DNA of 64,000 nt from Acanthaster planci (GCF_001949145.1 NW_019091357.1:748671-812670), one strand, 5' to 3'; positions 36,801 to 51,400 are shown, counted from the stretch's first letter. Numbers and translations are program-made. The notes: generated from the letters alone by a model not told the origin.

Positions 36801-39800
36801 TAATTTTCGCGCCCTTTCCATGTTATGAGTAATTTATGTTGTGCAGTTGTATGGTGCTTTGCAACATAAATATGGCACAAAGGAACAACGGCTTGAGTGT
36901 GTCATAATGCCAACCATGCATGCTCTGCTCACCTGAATTGCTAATGCTAAATAAGTTGGTGTTTGACATTCTGAAAATTTCAATATTGCCTACATACACG
37001 TAACCATGTTACATGTCCAACAAAAGGAGGTTATTGGGAGACAGTATGGAACTCCATGATGATAGCGCCTCGACATGATAACTTGATCGTGTAGCCAAAT
37101 ATGCTGGCAAAGTTACATTAATTGACAAAACAATATGCCTACCTTTTTTGTTGAAAATGCGCATGGCTGTGGGCTCTTCCTTCGCTCAAAAGATGATCCA
37201 ACAAAACTAGGAAATCCAGACGAAGGAAGGGAAATGTTCCTTGGTCTTTGCAGTAACAAAGACGGTTGGTGGTTTCGACTCGAGCCTGGGAAATAAAGCA
37301 TCCACGGTGGAGACGAGTCGTGATATGACAGCGTGTTGAGTTGATAGTAGCTCTGTGGATGAATGCGGTTTTGACAGAACAGGTCTCGGTGCGACCAGCC
37401 GGCCTGTTCTAAGCACGTGGTCGAGAAACCCGCACTAGCGGCACTGCAGTGAGGACCCTTCTACCACACCAGTGACCAATCAGCGCGCTACACCGCTTGA
37501 CAGCCATTCAGGGCATTATGCGCCGTTGCTTTGATATGCTAATCGTATTTACAAACCCGCCAAATGTTGAATGGGAGCGGTGCCGTGTGGGGTGTATGCA
37601 AAGTAGGCTTGTTGGTAATAGCGACACAACATTGGACGAGACGTTTTTGACAGCGTGGCTAGTTCCTTTAATGACAGTAGTGGCGTGTGTGTGTGCGTAT
37701 TTGCCTAAGGGCGCATTCCAGCACGTGGTGCGATTTTGGGCAAGGAACAAAGGAATTGTAACATTGGTTACATGATTATATCACAGAGAAATAAAAAAGA
37801 CATAATTATACCGTGGGTTTTGTAATGTTTTCAAGAACATGAAAAGTCATAGACCTAATTCAAGATACTACATGTATCATGATTTCTCTTTCTTTTGACA
37901 ACCATTCTCTCATTTCTCACGTGAGCCTACAGTCATTTCGACAGGATTTCATGCACACAGATTATCTTTTACAAATAATACAAGTAATGTTATTTATTCG
38001 AGTTCAAACGTTTAATTCGCTGCTGATTTCGGGTTAAACAAGGCAATGTAGAGAGCTCTAGGCAGGCAAGTCCATGTTTCTAGCTCTCAAGGGGACTTCA
38101 AATTACACTTGATGGACGACGTCTATGTCATTAGTGTCATGGCGACTGGTGTATCATGGAGCTATTAAACACATGGGTGTGCTCATTTCACCTACCACGC
38201 AGCAAAAGCGCATGCGCAAGCGTGGTGTTAAAGACCACTTGAACGGGTGAATCTGTGCACTAAGTTAAAATATAATGATGAAAATATTTTCATCTTAACT
38301 TTGAACTAGGGGTACCTTTTAAACTTAAAAACGACACTGTTAACTTTCCCTTGGGGTGGGGACGTGATCTAGCTGAAACAACCACCAACCTACAGGTGAA
38401 GGGTTCACCTTATGCGCACTTTCTCCTCTTGATTTGGCATTTCCTCTCATCTCGATCACGTTCTTTGTTCTGTGTTGAATTGAATTCGTCAACTAAGCAC
38501 TTCCTCGTCAGTGGGCTTGTCGTTTTAGCCGTTTCCTTGTGACGGAACGCAACCTCACGGTCCTGCCAACCGTGGGTTAAGCTGACAGCTGATTGCTTAA
38601 TCAGAGAATTCCCCACAGTGAGGAAACCTTTCGTTTCCCGCCACGATTTTGTCAACAAGATAAGTCCGCCGTGAACGAGGACACTAGGTCTGGTACCCTG
38701 TAGACAAGGGTTACGATTTCGCTACCTCAGGAAATCGAGTCTGTCTGTATGTGTTAACTTGGATGAGTTTGCGCATTCTTTAGCAACAGTAATATACATC
38801 GGAAAGATTTGGCAGAAGAAAGATCATGAGGGTACGACGGTTGGCCTATGACCTGCGAGTACTCATAGAAATTACTTTCATTTGAATTATTTTGAGAAAA
38901 ACATAAGAAGTTAACATTGTGGTGTTCAATCTTTATTTTAACTCTCAAGTCGAACAAAAATGAAGCACCTGCTACTAAATAGAGTCTACCACAACTCTCT
39001 TCTGGAGACTCGATCTGGTACCAGCGAAATAATCCAAACCGCACCTCCGAAATTAGGCACCTTTCCACACTTCTTCTGGATGACCTCTAGCGCAACTCTC
39101 CGTCAACAGTTAATCGTCTTTCCACACGACACCAAAGAAATGATGGACGCTTGATTGGGACGCTCAGCAGATCTAGACGGGGGTATGAACACCGGCTGAG
39201 TGGATGGACAGCGGTCAAAAGAAATTGGCTCTGTCCACTGTGTGTTGTTCGGACAGTAGATCCTTCAGCTTTGGCCAGCCAAAGTCTGACCATAGAGCAA
39301 GGACCGCTGATCAGTTTGGCTGCCTAAGAGAAACAGGAAGTTTGGGTGCGCTAGCCTATTTTAGCCGACTATCATCATGAACCCTCTTTTGGGACTAATA
39401 AGGTCAGAGGAAAGAAACAGAGAAAAGCACATACTCTAGCCTTACTATCATGGGCTTCCATGGAAGAGAAAGGAGTGAACCCCAGGAGTCTCCAACAGTC
39501 TGTTCAATCGCTTCTACAATCCTATATTTTTCACTCTCTTCTCTGTCTTAGAGTAAGGGACAACACCACGCCAGTCAGTACTTCAAAACTGGAAGGGCCA
39601 CCGTCAGGCCTCAAAACACCGTGAAAAGCGTTGTCAGTATTATTATTATTATTATTTAAAAGGATCCTCAACCCACAACAATAAAGTTGCAGTCTTTACA
39701 CTCCCTGTCCAAATTCGCTGGGTTTGTCAGATTATAAAGACCCATTACCACCAACTGTCATATTATATCGTCAAACGGGTCATCACACGATCGCCCTTTC

Positions 39801-42800
39801 CCCTTTCATGGCAGGAAGCAGAGGGTTGTAGGGCTTAATAATCAGGATCTTTAATGACTGGACCAGTGGGGCAACCCCTTGCCCGCTTGTAGACTAGGGA
39901 GGGGATTAATCCATTAATCCCTCGGAGTTGAGGGTAGAGCAAGCATGCTTATCTCGCAACGGGGGAGGGGGATAATTACACCCATTTTAACCTCTGTTGG
40001 GAGGGCGGACCTAGTATGCACAATGATACCTGGTAGATTGCTGTTAGACATAAAGACGGGCGTCTCTACACGAGGCCGGCCTTGTTGATGACTACCTATA
40101 TTATAGGCCTAGGCCAACATGCAGGCCTACACTTAACATAACGAAACCCCTGTAAGCTGTATTGCATTTACCATGAGTATTTCAACTGAACCGCAGAAAA
40201 ATCGCACATCTTTTGAAACAATTACCACAAATTAGGCCACGGAGCCATAATGTAAGAGCGGACAGTTTAGTTGAAAGCAGTAGATTCTTGGAGTAGATTC
40301 TTAAGCGTATTTGTTGATATTTTAATATAAATAGTCATACCAAAACGACAATTAGCTCAATAGTAATGGAAAGTGAATACAGTTTGGTAGTACTTAAAAC
40401 TTCTTAATATATTTGTAGTGTTTTCATATGCAGAATTCGGTTTTGTTCAAAGCTCTCAACCAAAAACGAAACTGGCATATAGGCCTACAAGTCTCTCAAC
40501 ATGCATAATATAGTGATGCAAATGATTTCATTTGACGACATATGCCCTTTTAGCCGTCTGAATATTCATTCAGTCAATTGTTTCAGGGTGGTTTCCGTTC
40601 ACCTTTCGTTTTCGATTGACTAGAGTACAATTTGGTTTCGTGTATTTTTATCGCTCATAGCTATTATTGCCTAAAGAAATGTATTGTTTACATATACCGG
40701 TATATTATAACGACCATTTAAATGTTGGAATTATATTCAGATCACGATGATGACCATTAGGTTCTTCGTAATTCCAATATTTTAATTTTTAAGCAGCATA
40801 TCGATATGAATTAAACTGGATTGTTTGACAGCGAAACTTCAGTGAACTCAAAAGCAAAACAAAAACAAAGGAACTTATAATGGAGACTTCCACCCAGGTC
40901 ATTTCTTATCTTGATTATCATGCATTTGACGAAGGTTCCATTTATAACTTCATGTTTATAGGAACCAGCTTCATTTCAAGGAAGCACTTGTAAGCAAGGT
41001 AAAAGTTTACTAAAACTTCACCTTCGTAAACAACATCGAAAGCGTTAGATGACGGCAGTTATCTTTGACACCAGTGAGGTAACTCCTTGTGTATGTTGCC
41101 TCATCCCTTTATTACTGACTACCTGGTAAACTCACAATGCTACGTCAGTATAAACAATGTGACTATACAGCCTTAGTACACGTATTGTATTTATGCAGAC
41201 TTAGCACATGCAAAGATTTGTATTGACGAAAAAGATTTGTAGTGACGTGAAATACTGACCTGCAGTAACATTGATGTAATGATTTACAGAATCCAGAAAA
41301 AAAAGGAAACAGGATTTGATCGAAAAATTTTACGCTGATTTTTTTTTCGCAGAGTCCAGTTCAAGGATGTGATTCCTTCCCGAAGAGGTCACTTACTCTT
41401 TCATGGGAGTCTGATCGCTCCGAATGAAACCTATTCAGTGCTTGTATTTTGAAGAGATAATAAGATGCGCAAGGCTTCAGACTTCTTTTAGTCTCGAATT
41501 GGCCCAGGATAATGTTTGAAATCTAAAAAAGACAGCCATTATAATCGGTCTTGTTATCCATGAGTGGGAATTGGGCTCTTACGGGAAGGCCAAATCGTTT
41601 ACGGCTGTCAAAACGACTCCCGAAACTGTCATTTTTGGTGTGTTTTGGCAAGAGCAATCTGCAATAGAGTGTCCCGCTGCGGACAATGGATCGTTGCTAG
41701 GCCGGCCTTGGAAGGATTGGTACAATACACAGAGCGCACCTGCAGGTTGCAGTATCAAACAGAAACCGATCATAATAGCAGACTCCGCCGAGCAATTAGA
41801 CAAAAGAGGAAGAATTCTGATAAAAAATTATGTCTGTCGAACAAAAATGATGAATTTCGTTTCTAATTTGAAGGTTGGAGCTAAGTAACGCGGCAAAGCT
41901 ACACACACAATGACCTGCTTCCCCCAAATCACAAAGCAAAGTTTCGATCGAATGCTACCGAAAGTCCAACTATTCAGTTCATTATCGTCATTACTTTGAC
42001 GCCAACTTTGGACTTGTATTTGACAGCTGAAAAAACAAAGAACTATTTGAGTTTTACGACTTCTTTCTGTTTATCGTCAAATCATTTAAATATTTACGAC
42101 TTCCATAAACAGTGTAACACCACTTTGGAGTTGCAGTTGACTTCAGTCAAGTTTGAATTATTCAGTTACAGTTCGGTTTCATTTTGCGCCATGTTGAGGA
42201 CTAAAACTACATTGACTGAATAGCACAATTCGTAACATGAATTCGTAGACTATAATAACTAGGAGAATACGTACTGTTTCATGGTTTACGACATGAAATT
42301 TCAAAACCACGACTTGCATTTTTATTTGTTTATGTTTACTTGATCTCCCTGGAAAACTCGGATAGCCTTGTGGGCTGACCTCTGAAAACAATGTCACGAA
42401 TTCCGTACATCCAATCATAATATCCGGTATTGGGTTTTTGTCATTTCGGCTCCATATTGTATACTCATATACATCACACCAGTCACGTGACACCTGTATT
42501 TTGACTTAAACCATTTGGTGTAGTGAGCGGTTAACAATACGCAACGCACTTCGCAAGCTCCAACATAATGATGACGTGGCATAGTTTTGCTTCAGAGAGT
42601 CGATTTCAGAAGTCTTATTTCATAATTCAGAAATTTTGCTACAACCCCTGACAGCATACGCACGTGGAAAAATACCGGACCCAAATGTCATTTGTGGTTT
42701 ACGTTACAACATATTTAATGGTATGGTACGACGCGAGTGAAGCGCTGTACGGTTGTTTTCATTGCCATGAGATCACAGTTATAATTGTATGACGACGTAG

Positions 42801-44054
42801 CAAGCACGTGGCTGTAGTGAATCATCATTTTGTATTGAGGCATAGTAAGTGTCACATGGGGCGGCTCATCATGCGGTTTGTGCAATACGGTGTATACCAT
42901 GTCGATCCAGATAAACACAGCAGACAAGATGCAAGGCAACTAAATACAAGGGATTAAAATACAAAAATATACGGGAGGAAACGGCCGTGGATCGAGGGTG
43001 AAAACAAGTTCAGCCAATATAGCTGGCAGTGGTCAAAAATGCTAATTAATGGAAGCGAAATCTATACCAATTAGGCAACTGACATTATACAGTCCGACAA
43101 ATTGGATTGGGTGGGGAAGGGGTGAAACCGTATGACATGAAGATGTCGAAGGGAAGAATAAACAGACGGATCCAAATGAAGTTTAATCAGATCTATTCAA
43201 ATGTGCCCTTAATGAATCCCTAGTTTAAGACTAGGGCTTTCACAAATGTTTCATTTTATCGAAATTTTACTATTTCCATAACTGTATGCGCATCAAGGGA
43301 GGAATAATGAGATGCCAGTCAATAATGGGAGAGATTATGGTCTCTCGCAGTCCATGGCAAGTTTCATAGTTCCGTAATACATGTGTGTACAAAGCATACC
43401 ACCATAATCCCAGTTTGCTTCCAGGTAGCTCATAGCTAATAAATTTGACAATCGTAGCACTTTTTTGTTAATTTCAAGAAAACTTTGGACTCGCGCTGTT
43501 TGTTCCTCTTATCTGAATTTCGTTTTGTGAATTTCCAGCAGGCTAGCTGTTTGCCATAAATCGATAGTAAGCTACCGGATGCAAAACAGGCTGGAGAAGG
43601 AGAGACGTTCCAATGGCATATTATGCAGATTAAAAAGCCAGAGGCCTTTGGTTTAATTATCAATCCCTTGATAAATATTATGTTTCCATAATGAGATAAG
43701 TTTTTATCAACAGTACCATCTGTAGCTGCTAGAAAACTGGTCACGCTCGACAGCGTGCGTCCTCGTTCCACTGGATGACGATGCCCCATGAGAACGCGGC
43801 AGATGATAAAATAAGGGGCGTGTCTTCAGGGGAACAAGCTACATGTTGGAAACTAAACCACCCAACTGTTGATACGTTCTTTGGCTTGACTTCCTTCGTA
43901 AAGTGTCATTTAATGGTGTTCTATTTCCAATATTGTAAACAGCACGAGCAATTTATGTTTGAAACCTATTGAATTTGTTTTAATAATTATTGTATACACT
44001 TACTCGCATAATAATAAACGCAGTAACCAGCCAACTTTGTTCACTCTTTATCTT

Positions 44055-44142
44055 TTGTTACGGCAGATCTGTTACTCCATGAGGTATTGGTCAATCAATT
44101 GTTACATCAGATCTGTTACTCCATGAGGTATTGGTCAATCGA
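44055..44142. repeat. 44-bp tandem duplication
   Basis: ttgttacggcagatctgttactccatgaggtattggtcaatcaa followed by ttgttacatcagatctgttactccatgaggtattggtcaatcga. Confidence 0.9.
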
Positions 44143-47100
44143 TTTGTAAGATTCTATTTTAAGTTAAAAACCTCAGTCACCACGTGCAAAGGGGACCCTC
44201 TTATATCGAAAGAGCGAAAGCGCAGAAAATGGAAATACGAATGTTGCAGTAACGTTTGTTGGCCTCGGACAATCACTTCTAGGTTGTTTGACTTACAGAA
44301 ACTGCCAGATGACAGCTTAGAGAGAAAAGATCGACAGCCGAACAATGAATTTCATCTGTTTAGCAGTAAACAATTATTACCAGTCTTGTGTTCCAGGTCA
44401 GGTTGCCTTTTCATGTAGGTTTTTAATCTGTTTTTATCAGTAAGACAGGCCTAATAGGTGCAGCAAACTTGGCTATCTCGGGAAACGTAAGACTGCTTAT
44501 CAACCACTGGGTTTTATTGTAACTAAACCAAGCTATTGCAAGACAATAACAGGTCAGGTCAGCGAGCAGACGTATTAGTCCAAAACACGTCGTAAACCTC
44601 TCTCGTGAATCAACACAGAGTTTTTAAAAAGTCCAACCCACATTTCCTTTCTTTCGAGTATTTATGTGGCCTTTCCGGTCAGACTGACAAGTAAGAGCAT
44701 CTTGTTCAAAGCAGTGAGAAGCCTTTTTGCATGTGCATGTATGCGCGCCAATATTTTAATTTCATGTCCTGTTGCAAAGTCTTAATTCTAACTGCATTAT
44801 ATAGATAACAGAATATGCAAATTAAACTCCATATGTTCGACACGAATGGCACACGTGAAACAGGGACCTTTGAACTTGGCTGTCGATTGACAGTTGAGCC
44901 GCCTGTGAATCGTTCCATGAACAAACATGGCCCGAGTCCAACCCGAGTGTTATTCCGTTACCATTCATTCACTTGTTGATGGTACTCGAGTAGACACGTC
45001 ACCACAGCCGTCGAAGGAGGTACACGTACATGTAGAAGGCGAACGTCAGTGCACTGTATTGCACGTGCTGTGGGGTAATTTTGAGGGGCGTGGCCGGCTT
45101 TCATTTGTTTTCAAGAGGTGATAACTATTGAGAACGCCAGGGTGAAAATACGGTGATTTGGGGCCCCCTGTACCTCTTTTGGACCGATCCCTCCCATCTG
45201 ACAAACTCTGACGTGTCTCCCACGAAATCACACATCATATAGGCTCTGTTTTGACTCCTTAGGCCCTATTTGCAATTACTAAATTCAGCTACATCCACAA
45301 TTTCAAAACTGTGGGTGCAAAATTGATGTTAATTTACAACCTTTGTGTTGTCCCTGATAATACGTAGGGAGTTAAATAAACGCTGCAATTTTGCGGTGAA
45401 CCGTGTAAGTTGAGGAGCAAGTTCCTCTAATAATGAGACACCTTCGATCTCTCCCCCCTCCCACTGACTCTACAGAAAACCTGCCCAAAGTCTTATCAGG
45501 TAAAGCCGATGTGTGTCCTTTAATACGTGTGGCCGCAAGCAGTCGTCTGTCTTTACTTATCGTCATCGCCATTGTGGAGTTTTTGACTTCAGAGCACTTC
45601 CCAACCAAACTGAAATTTGCCCATGAAAATACAAAGTGCCTTGACACTGAATGCTTAGCATGTGAAATAATCAATCTTTCCGCATACATTTCACCATAGT
45701 GCATTATCCATACACCAAGAATCGATTACTTTCCTGATTCCCACATCCCCCAGCAAACGTAAACGTTTCTGTTATCAGAATTCTCCAAGCGCGCTCTTAA
45801 CACTTGCTAATATTTTCCATCCACTTAGCAAACACAGACGGGGTGTAAAACTCGGGTGTCAACATGACTCGCTATTAGCCGAGAGACCGCTGAACCGCTT
45901 GTAGGCTATTTGAAATGTGAACACTTCTGACACCTTGATATGTATGGCAAACAGCAGACCACCCAGACACGTTTAGAATTTAATGTCACAGTTACAATGC
46001 CATGAAAGTAAACCATGCAATGTCAAACCTCGGGGTTGAGGTGTTTTCATTTAGGAGAGGCTTTTCTCTCAGGGCAATATGATTTTTTCACACACCCCCT
46101 TTCAAGACACCTCTGCAGCCCAACCCAGCTTTTTCCATCTGGCTATAGCTCGTTTTTAGACCCGGATTTATTTGCAGATGTCAACGTACAGGTTCCCCGT
46201 ATTTTCCCTGACCACTTATCAACTTCTTACAACTCAAAGCTTCCAGCTACCTTGTCTGACTAAGAACCAAGTACTAAGAACTAAAAAAAAATGAAAAATC
46301 ATCGGATTTCCGTGTTGCCTCAGCCTGTAATTCGCCGAAATATTTTGAACGAATGCGAAGTTGAGAAACCCATTCCTGCGTACCCCTCCCCTTCTCCCTG
46401 ATTTACGATAGGTCAAAGGTTAAATGTCTCCACCTATATTTGGAGAGTTCCAAGCATAAGTCGGAGACTTTGGGAAGTAAATCCCCATGGGGTTATTTCA
46501 GGCTGCAATCTTTATTCCGCGTCTTAACACGGAAGTATCATGGGACTTCCAAGACTGGATTTCTCAGAAATCGACCAACTGACTTTCCAAGCTTTTTAGA
46601 GTCGGGTTGCCTACCGAGACAAAAGATGTTTCCGTCAATGAAACTCCAACTATTTGGAAAATACCAGTTATTTGAAATGAATATATTTTATAATAATCAG
46701 TGACTTCCTTTGGAACTTCCCACGGTCCCATGGGACTGATCAAACAACGTTTGGACTTAGTTTCCAACTATTATAGTATTCCCCGTGGGAACATTTGCAG
46801 GCTCGACAGCTTCAGTCCCATTCTTACTTTGGGTAAACACCCACTGGACTTTGCTCGGATGATACGGCGAGAAATTGCTACTGTCAAACTAGAGATTTCG
46901 ACCCCGATAAAAACCGTGTTTAGCTTCTATGATCCGGTTATCAGCAACGATTTTCGTATGCAAGTCGGAATTAAAAGCCCCAAAGACCCAGACGACATTT
47001 ATCACAGCGTTTTTGAATGAAACTATCAAGTCATTGGAAGTATTGCATATAAGTGTATTCAGTCACTTTGAAAAATTACGGAATCATATCATTCAACTGC

Positions 47101-48026
47101 TGGGAAAAACTACACCAAAGCTAGGCGTTTAATCACCGGTTTCTTGCTCGTATGAAACAAAACAATGAACCCAGTTTGCTTCACGCATCCCTTTGAGGGC
47201 GCCCTTTAAGTACACAAAATGTTTGCGTGGTAGCCATCTCGCGTGGAAGTTGTTCGTTCCACAGGAAAACTTCCCTTGACCATATACCCTGTGTGCAGAA
47301 GAACTGGCCTGCAAGGTGTCAGCCATGCAAACCCTGTATTCACTCTCTGAGACCGAACGATGAGATTCAACGGCCTTTGCGTTCTTCAGCGATGAATCTA
47401 ACAAATTGGCAAGTCACTATTCCTGCTGAGCTACAGGACCTAACACTACAGGAAATATCACTTTCGTATTAACAGGCTAATTTCATACACTGCAGAATTA
47501 GACGTAATATCATACTTAGACATCACAGCTTGCTTAGTGAAATTTTCATTTGAATCGACAAACCGTCATGCACAGCATTTTCAAAATAAGCGGCTTTATT
47601 CTAGCAAAAGTGAAAATGAAAATGTAGGCCTATTGCAAAAATAATAGTCCACACCCGTGTGTTGAGACATCTGTCATAGTACATACGGGTCGTTCTGAGC
47701 GTAGAGAAAGCGAAAACGAAACAAAGCTAGCCTCGCTGTGAGCAGTCCGGTTACCTTTGCGCCGATAAATGCATGTCGACAATTCTCATTAAAGAATTCG
47801 AAGTTGTTATCTGGTCGTGTGCGGGCTGGGGTCGGTGCCTGACATTTCTGGCCGGTTAAATTTAGCGCAGAGTGCAATCAACACTATCGACAGGGCCAGA
47901 TAAAATAAACTTGGATATCGATAACCAGTAATGGCTCAGTTAACGAAGACCACGGAGATTCATAATGATGAAAACAATGTACAAAACTGACAGTGGTGAT
48001 AAAGACACATTGGAAAACCTGCTTTG

Positions 48027-48430
48027 TACCAAAGCATTGTGGTGACTAGGACGAATATGCGATGGTGGTGNNNNNNNNNNNNNNNNNNNNNNNNNNNNNN
48101 NNNNNNNNNNNNNNNNNNNNNNNNNNNNNNNNNNNNNNNNNNNNNNNNNNNNNNNNNNNNNNNNNNNNNNNNNNNNNNNNNNNNNNNNNNNNNNNNNNNN
48201 NNNNNNNNNNNNNNNNNNNNNNNNNNNNNNNNNNNNNNNNNNNNNNNNNNNNNNNNNNNNNNNNNNNNNNNNNNNNNNNNNNNNNNNNNNNNNNNNNNNN
48301 NNNNNNNNNNNNNNNNNNNNNNNNNNNNNNNNNNNNNNNNNNNNNNNNNNNNNNNNNNNNNTATGCGATGGTGATGGGGGTACCCCAGCATGGTGGTGAT
48401 TAGGACGAGTATGCGATGGTGGAGGGGGTG
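48027..48430. repeat. ~48-bp tandem repeat array spanning an assembly gap (N at 48071-48361)
   Basis: ggtgaYtaggacgaRtatgcgatggtg units on both sides of the gap. Confidence 0.7.
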
Positions 48431-51400
48431 GTGATCACGTCAAATGGGGTGGAATTTACAACCATGGTTGATAATAACAGTGTACCCTTAGTTAAAGTTA
48501 CTGGTAAAAGTGAGTGGTTCAGTCACTCTTAGAAGAAAACGAGAATATTCTGCATGAGAAATTTCTAGAAACTCTCTGAAGAATGAACTTCGTTCTCCGT
48601 GCGCAGTTTCCTCGCGCTTGCCAATGAATATTAACGAGCTTGGCTTGACTGTAACTGCGCTGTAAGGGAAATGTCGGGGCTTCATCAATGTATACACCTT
48701 GGAGGAATAAAAACAAATGCGGTCCATTGGAGCCATAATCGTTACATAACTAACACAATTACGTTTATGCGAATAGTCTATTTTATTTTTTAATTTTAAG
48801 CTATAGACATTTGAAATAAAATAATTAGAAATGGTTGGGAAGGGGTTGTGAAGGATTGTTCAAAAATTAACATTTTGTCATCAAAGTGGGATGTACATCA
48901 AGACCCTGGCAAAAAATTAAAAATCATTCAAACATACAACAGATACAATAAAACATTTCAGAAATCGGAAAATGACCAATAAATGGAAATCAATAGTATT
49001 AATACAATTCAAGAGAAACCATGCAAAAAAGGCACACAAACTCCCGAAATAAATCACAATTGAAAAGTACAAGCGACATTACAATGCACGATCGTAAATT
49101 TGAACAGTAATCGGTTTGCTTGAATAGTTTCTGATGCTTTGCGATTCCATCGAAGGGGTGGTTCCAAATCTCTGCAAATGTCAACATATCAAGCAATCGG
49201 TTGGACATTGGCGCCGACCTCTGATTTACCGGACAAGGGGAGGAATTCTGTGTCCAACCAGCCAGTAAGAGGCTGAAGTGATAACGGCTTTAGCCTCGCG
49301 TCTACTATGCATAAACTGTACAGAACTTGTTTGCCCGTGGCAGCGTCCACAAACATAAGGTGTGCGAACTCAATAGAAGGGGTGTGAGTGTATTATTGTT
49401 TGGACAGGCGATTGATATCCGTTGAAAAACTGCACAGTTTTACTCAAGATTTGGCGATGGCTATTGTTTGTTGATAACGTGCGGTCAGCGGTAGGCCAAG
49501 GGGTCATTGTAGACGAATCAGATCACGGACCACTGTCCTACCCCCCCCCGCTTTTCGATACACGGCCCTATCTACGTTTTTTTATCCGATTTGTTTGTCC
49601 ATCAACAGATCTTTTCCAACTTCAGTTTAAGAAAACCTCAAAACAAACAGACTGTGTTCCAGCTAAAGGCAACCGGGTTGAAGTTTCCACATCCATGAGT
49701 AAGTTCAGAAAAGAGATCAATGAAATCTAAATCGTATACATTGGACAGCGCCTCCCCGTGGAAAATACAGTTCACTGTCGTGTAGGCTTCCTCTTCCTTG
49801 GGGGCGCTATTCACCGTCAGCGGTCAGCAGAGCTACGAACTGTATTATAGACCAAGGACCAGCCAATTTGTCGGTACCATCAGGAGGGACTAATTCTAAT
49901 AAGGATGTGAGCTGCGCGAATAACCATACTGCACCAATAATGTCATGAAGAAGGACAAGGCACGGGTATGGTTGTAACAAAAATGTGAAAAACGTTCTGA
50001 TTACAAACGTCTCCAGCAAGCTTTCCATAATTCGAAATGTACATAATGATTATTTCTCGTCAATTGTATCTGCTAACGAGGTTTTTACATAAAGCACAAT
50101 CAATAATTATGTATATATATTTTTCCCATTTTCCTCGGTGTTACAGTTTAACGAAAATACAGTTTGTGATTTTCAAAAAGGCACGATTTTATTTACGAAA
50201 GACGCAAACTCAGCGCCCATGACATTACTCCAATTATTTGTCCCTAACTTGTGACTTTTTCAAACCCAACGTGGGGCATTCCAGTTTTCATATTTAGAAA
50301 AATGTTGCGTAGTTTTACCGAGGGCACATTACAAATTCGGGTGATTGAGCACGCGCGTATTGTGAAGAATGAAGCTTTGTGACTTTTTTCTAAGAAAGTA
50401 TTCTGAGAAAAATCATTTCAGAGTGTAAACTTTGGCGGAGCATTTCACGACGAGTTTGTTCACCGTGTTCCCTATTGGTGCGTCTATAACTTAAATGTTG
50501 AACGCTTTAAGCACTCGTGAATGTCTGTGTAATGTATGTTAAATATGTTTATTGATACTCAAAGTAACATACATTAATTTTTGATGACGGCATTCTATGA
50601 AAGCTAAATATGGTCCGTAGACACCTCGTCAGAAATATCTTTTCTTTGTGCGCAACACTTTCACCTTGAAAAAGTATTTCATGCCAAAATTATTAAAGGC
50701 CCTTAGCTTCAAGAATCATTTGGAAATACTTCCTATTTTGAGGCCGCTTAGGTGAGATGCTCGCGTTTCCAAACACAATAAAACTGAACAGTTTGAGTCG
50801 TGAAATCATTGTACCGTGAAAAGTAAAATCACATTACATTATAATGAAACGGAGGTGATTATGATCGATGAAATTCTGAAATCAAAAACATTGATAACCA
50901 ACAGTATCATTATGAAATTTTACCACCACAACAATTGGCTTAAAATTGATGAGTGCACGAGAAGAGGCTAGAGCATCCAAAAAGCATTTGACAGTCAGAG
51001 CGACAGAGCGGTTTTCGTTTCTTTTGCCAGGAACCCTTTATCGGACAGGTCATCCTCGAATTTCCCAAAATTCGACAATTTTTTTCCCCGATATGGCAAA
51101 TTAGTTTCTGAAGTATATTCGCATCTCCCCTCATTACAGTAGAATATAATATTTAGCTGAGAGAGAACTATTTGATAAGATGCCTGGGCATTGCCAGGAT
51201 CTTTCTGGGGAGGAAACTAAACACTTTTCCAGAGAGGCAAAGCACTCTCCAGCAAAAGTATTAAACAATAGTCAAAGGGGGTGATGGTGCGGGTAAGCTG
51301 AGAGGCTTTTTCAAGTAAACTGGTGATTGTCATCCCCTTTATTTCTTTGGCTTCCCCCTTTTTTATTTTCCACATATCGATTCAGGGAAAGTAAGTGTCC

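Noticed and set aside
41260..41404. ATG-containing mini-exons (MLLQ; MK) as TGIF coding first exons
   Set aside because: They end in phase 0 and phase 2, incompatible with the phase-1 acceptor; at most non-coding or uORF leaders.
49208..49220. TGGCGCCGA as an LTR primer-binding site
   Set aside because: The match is too short, and no LTR pair or gag/pol remnant is visible.
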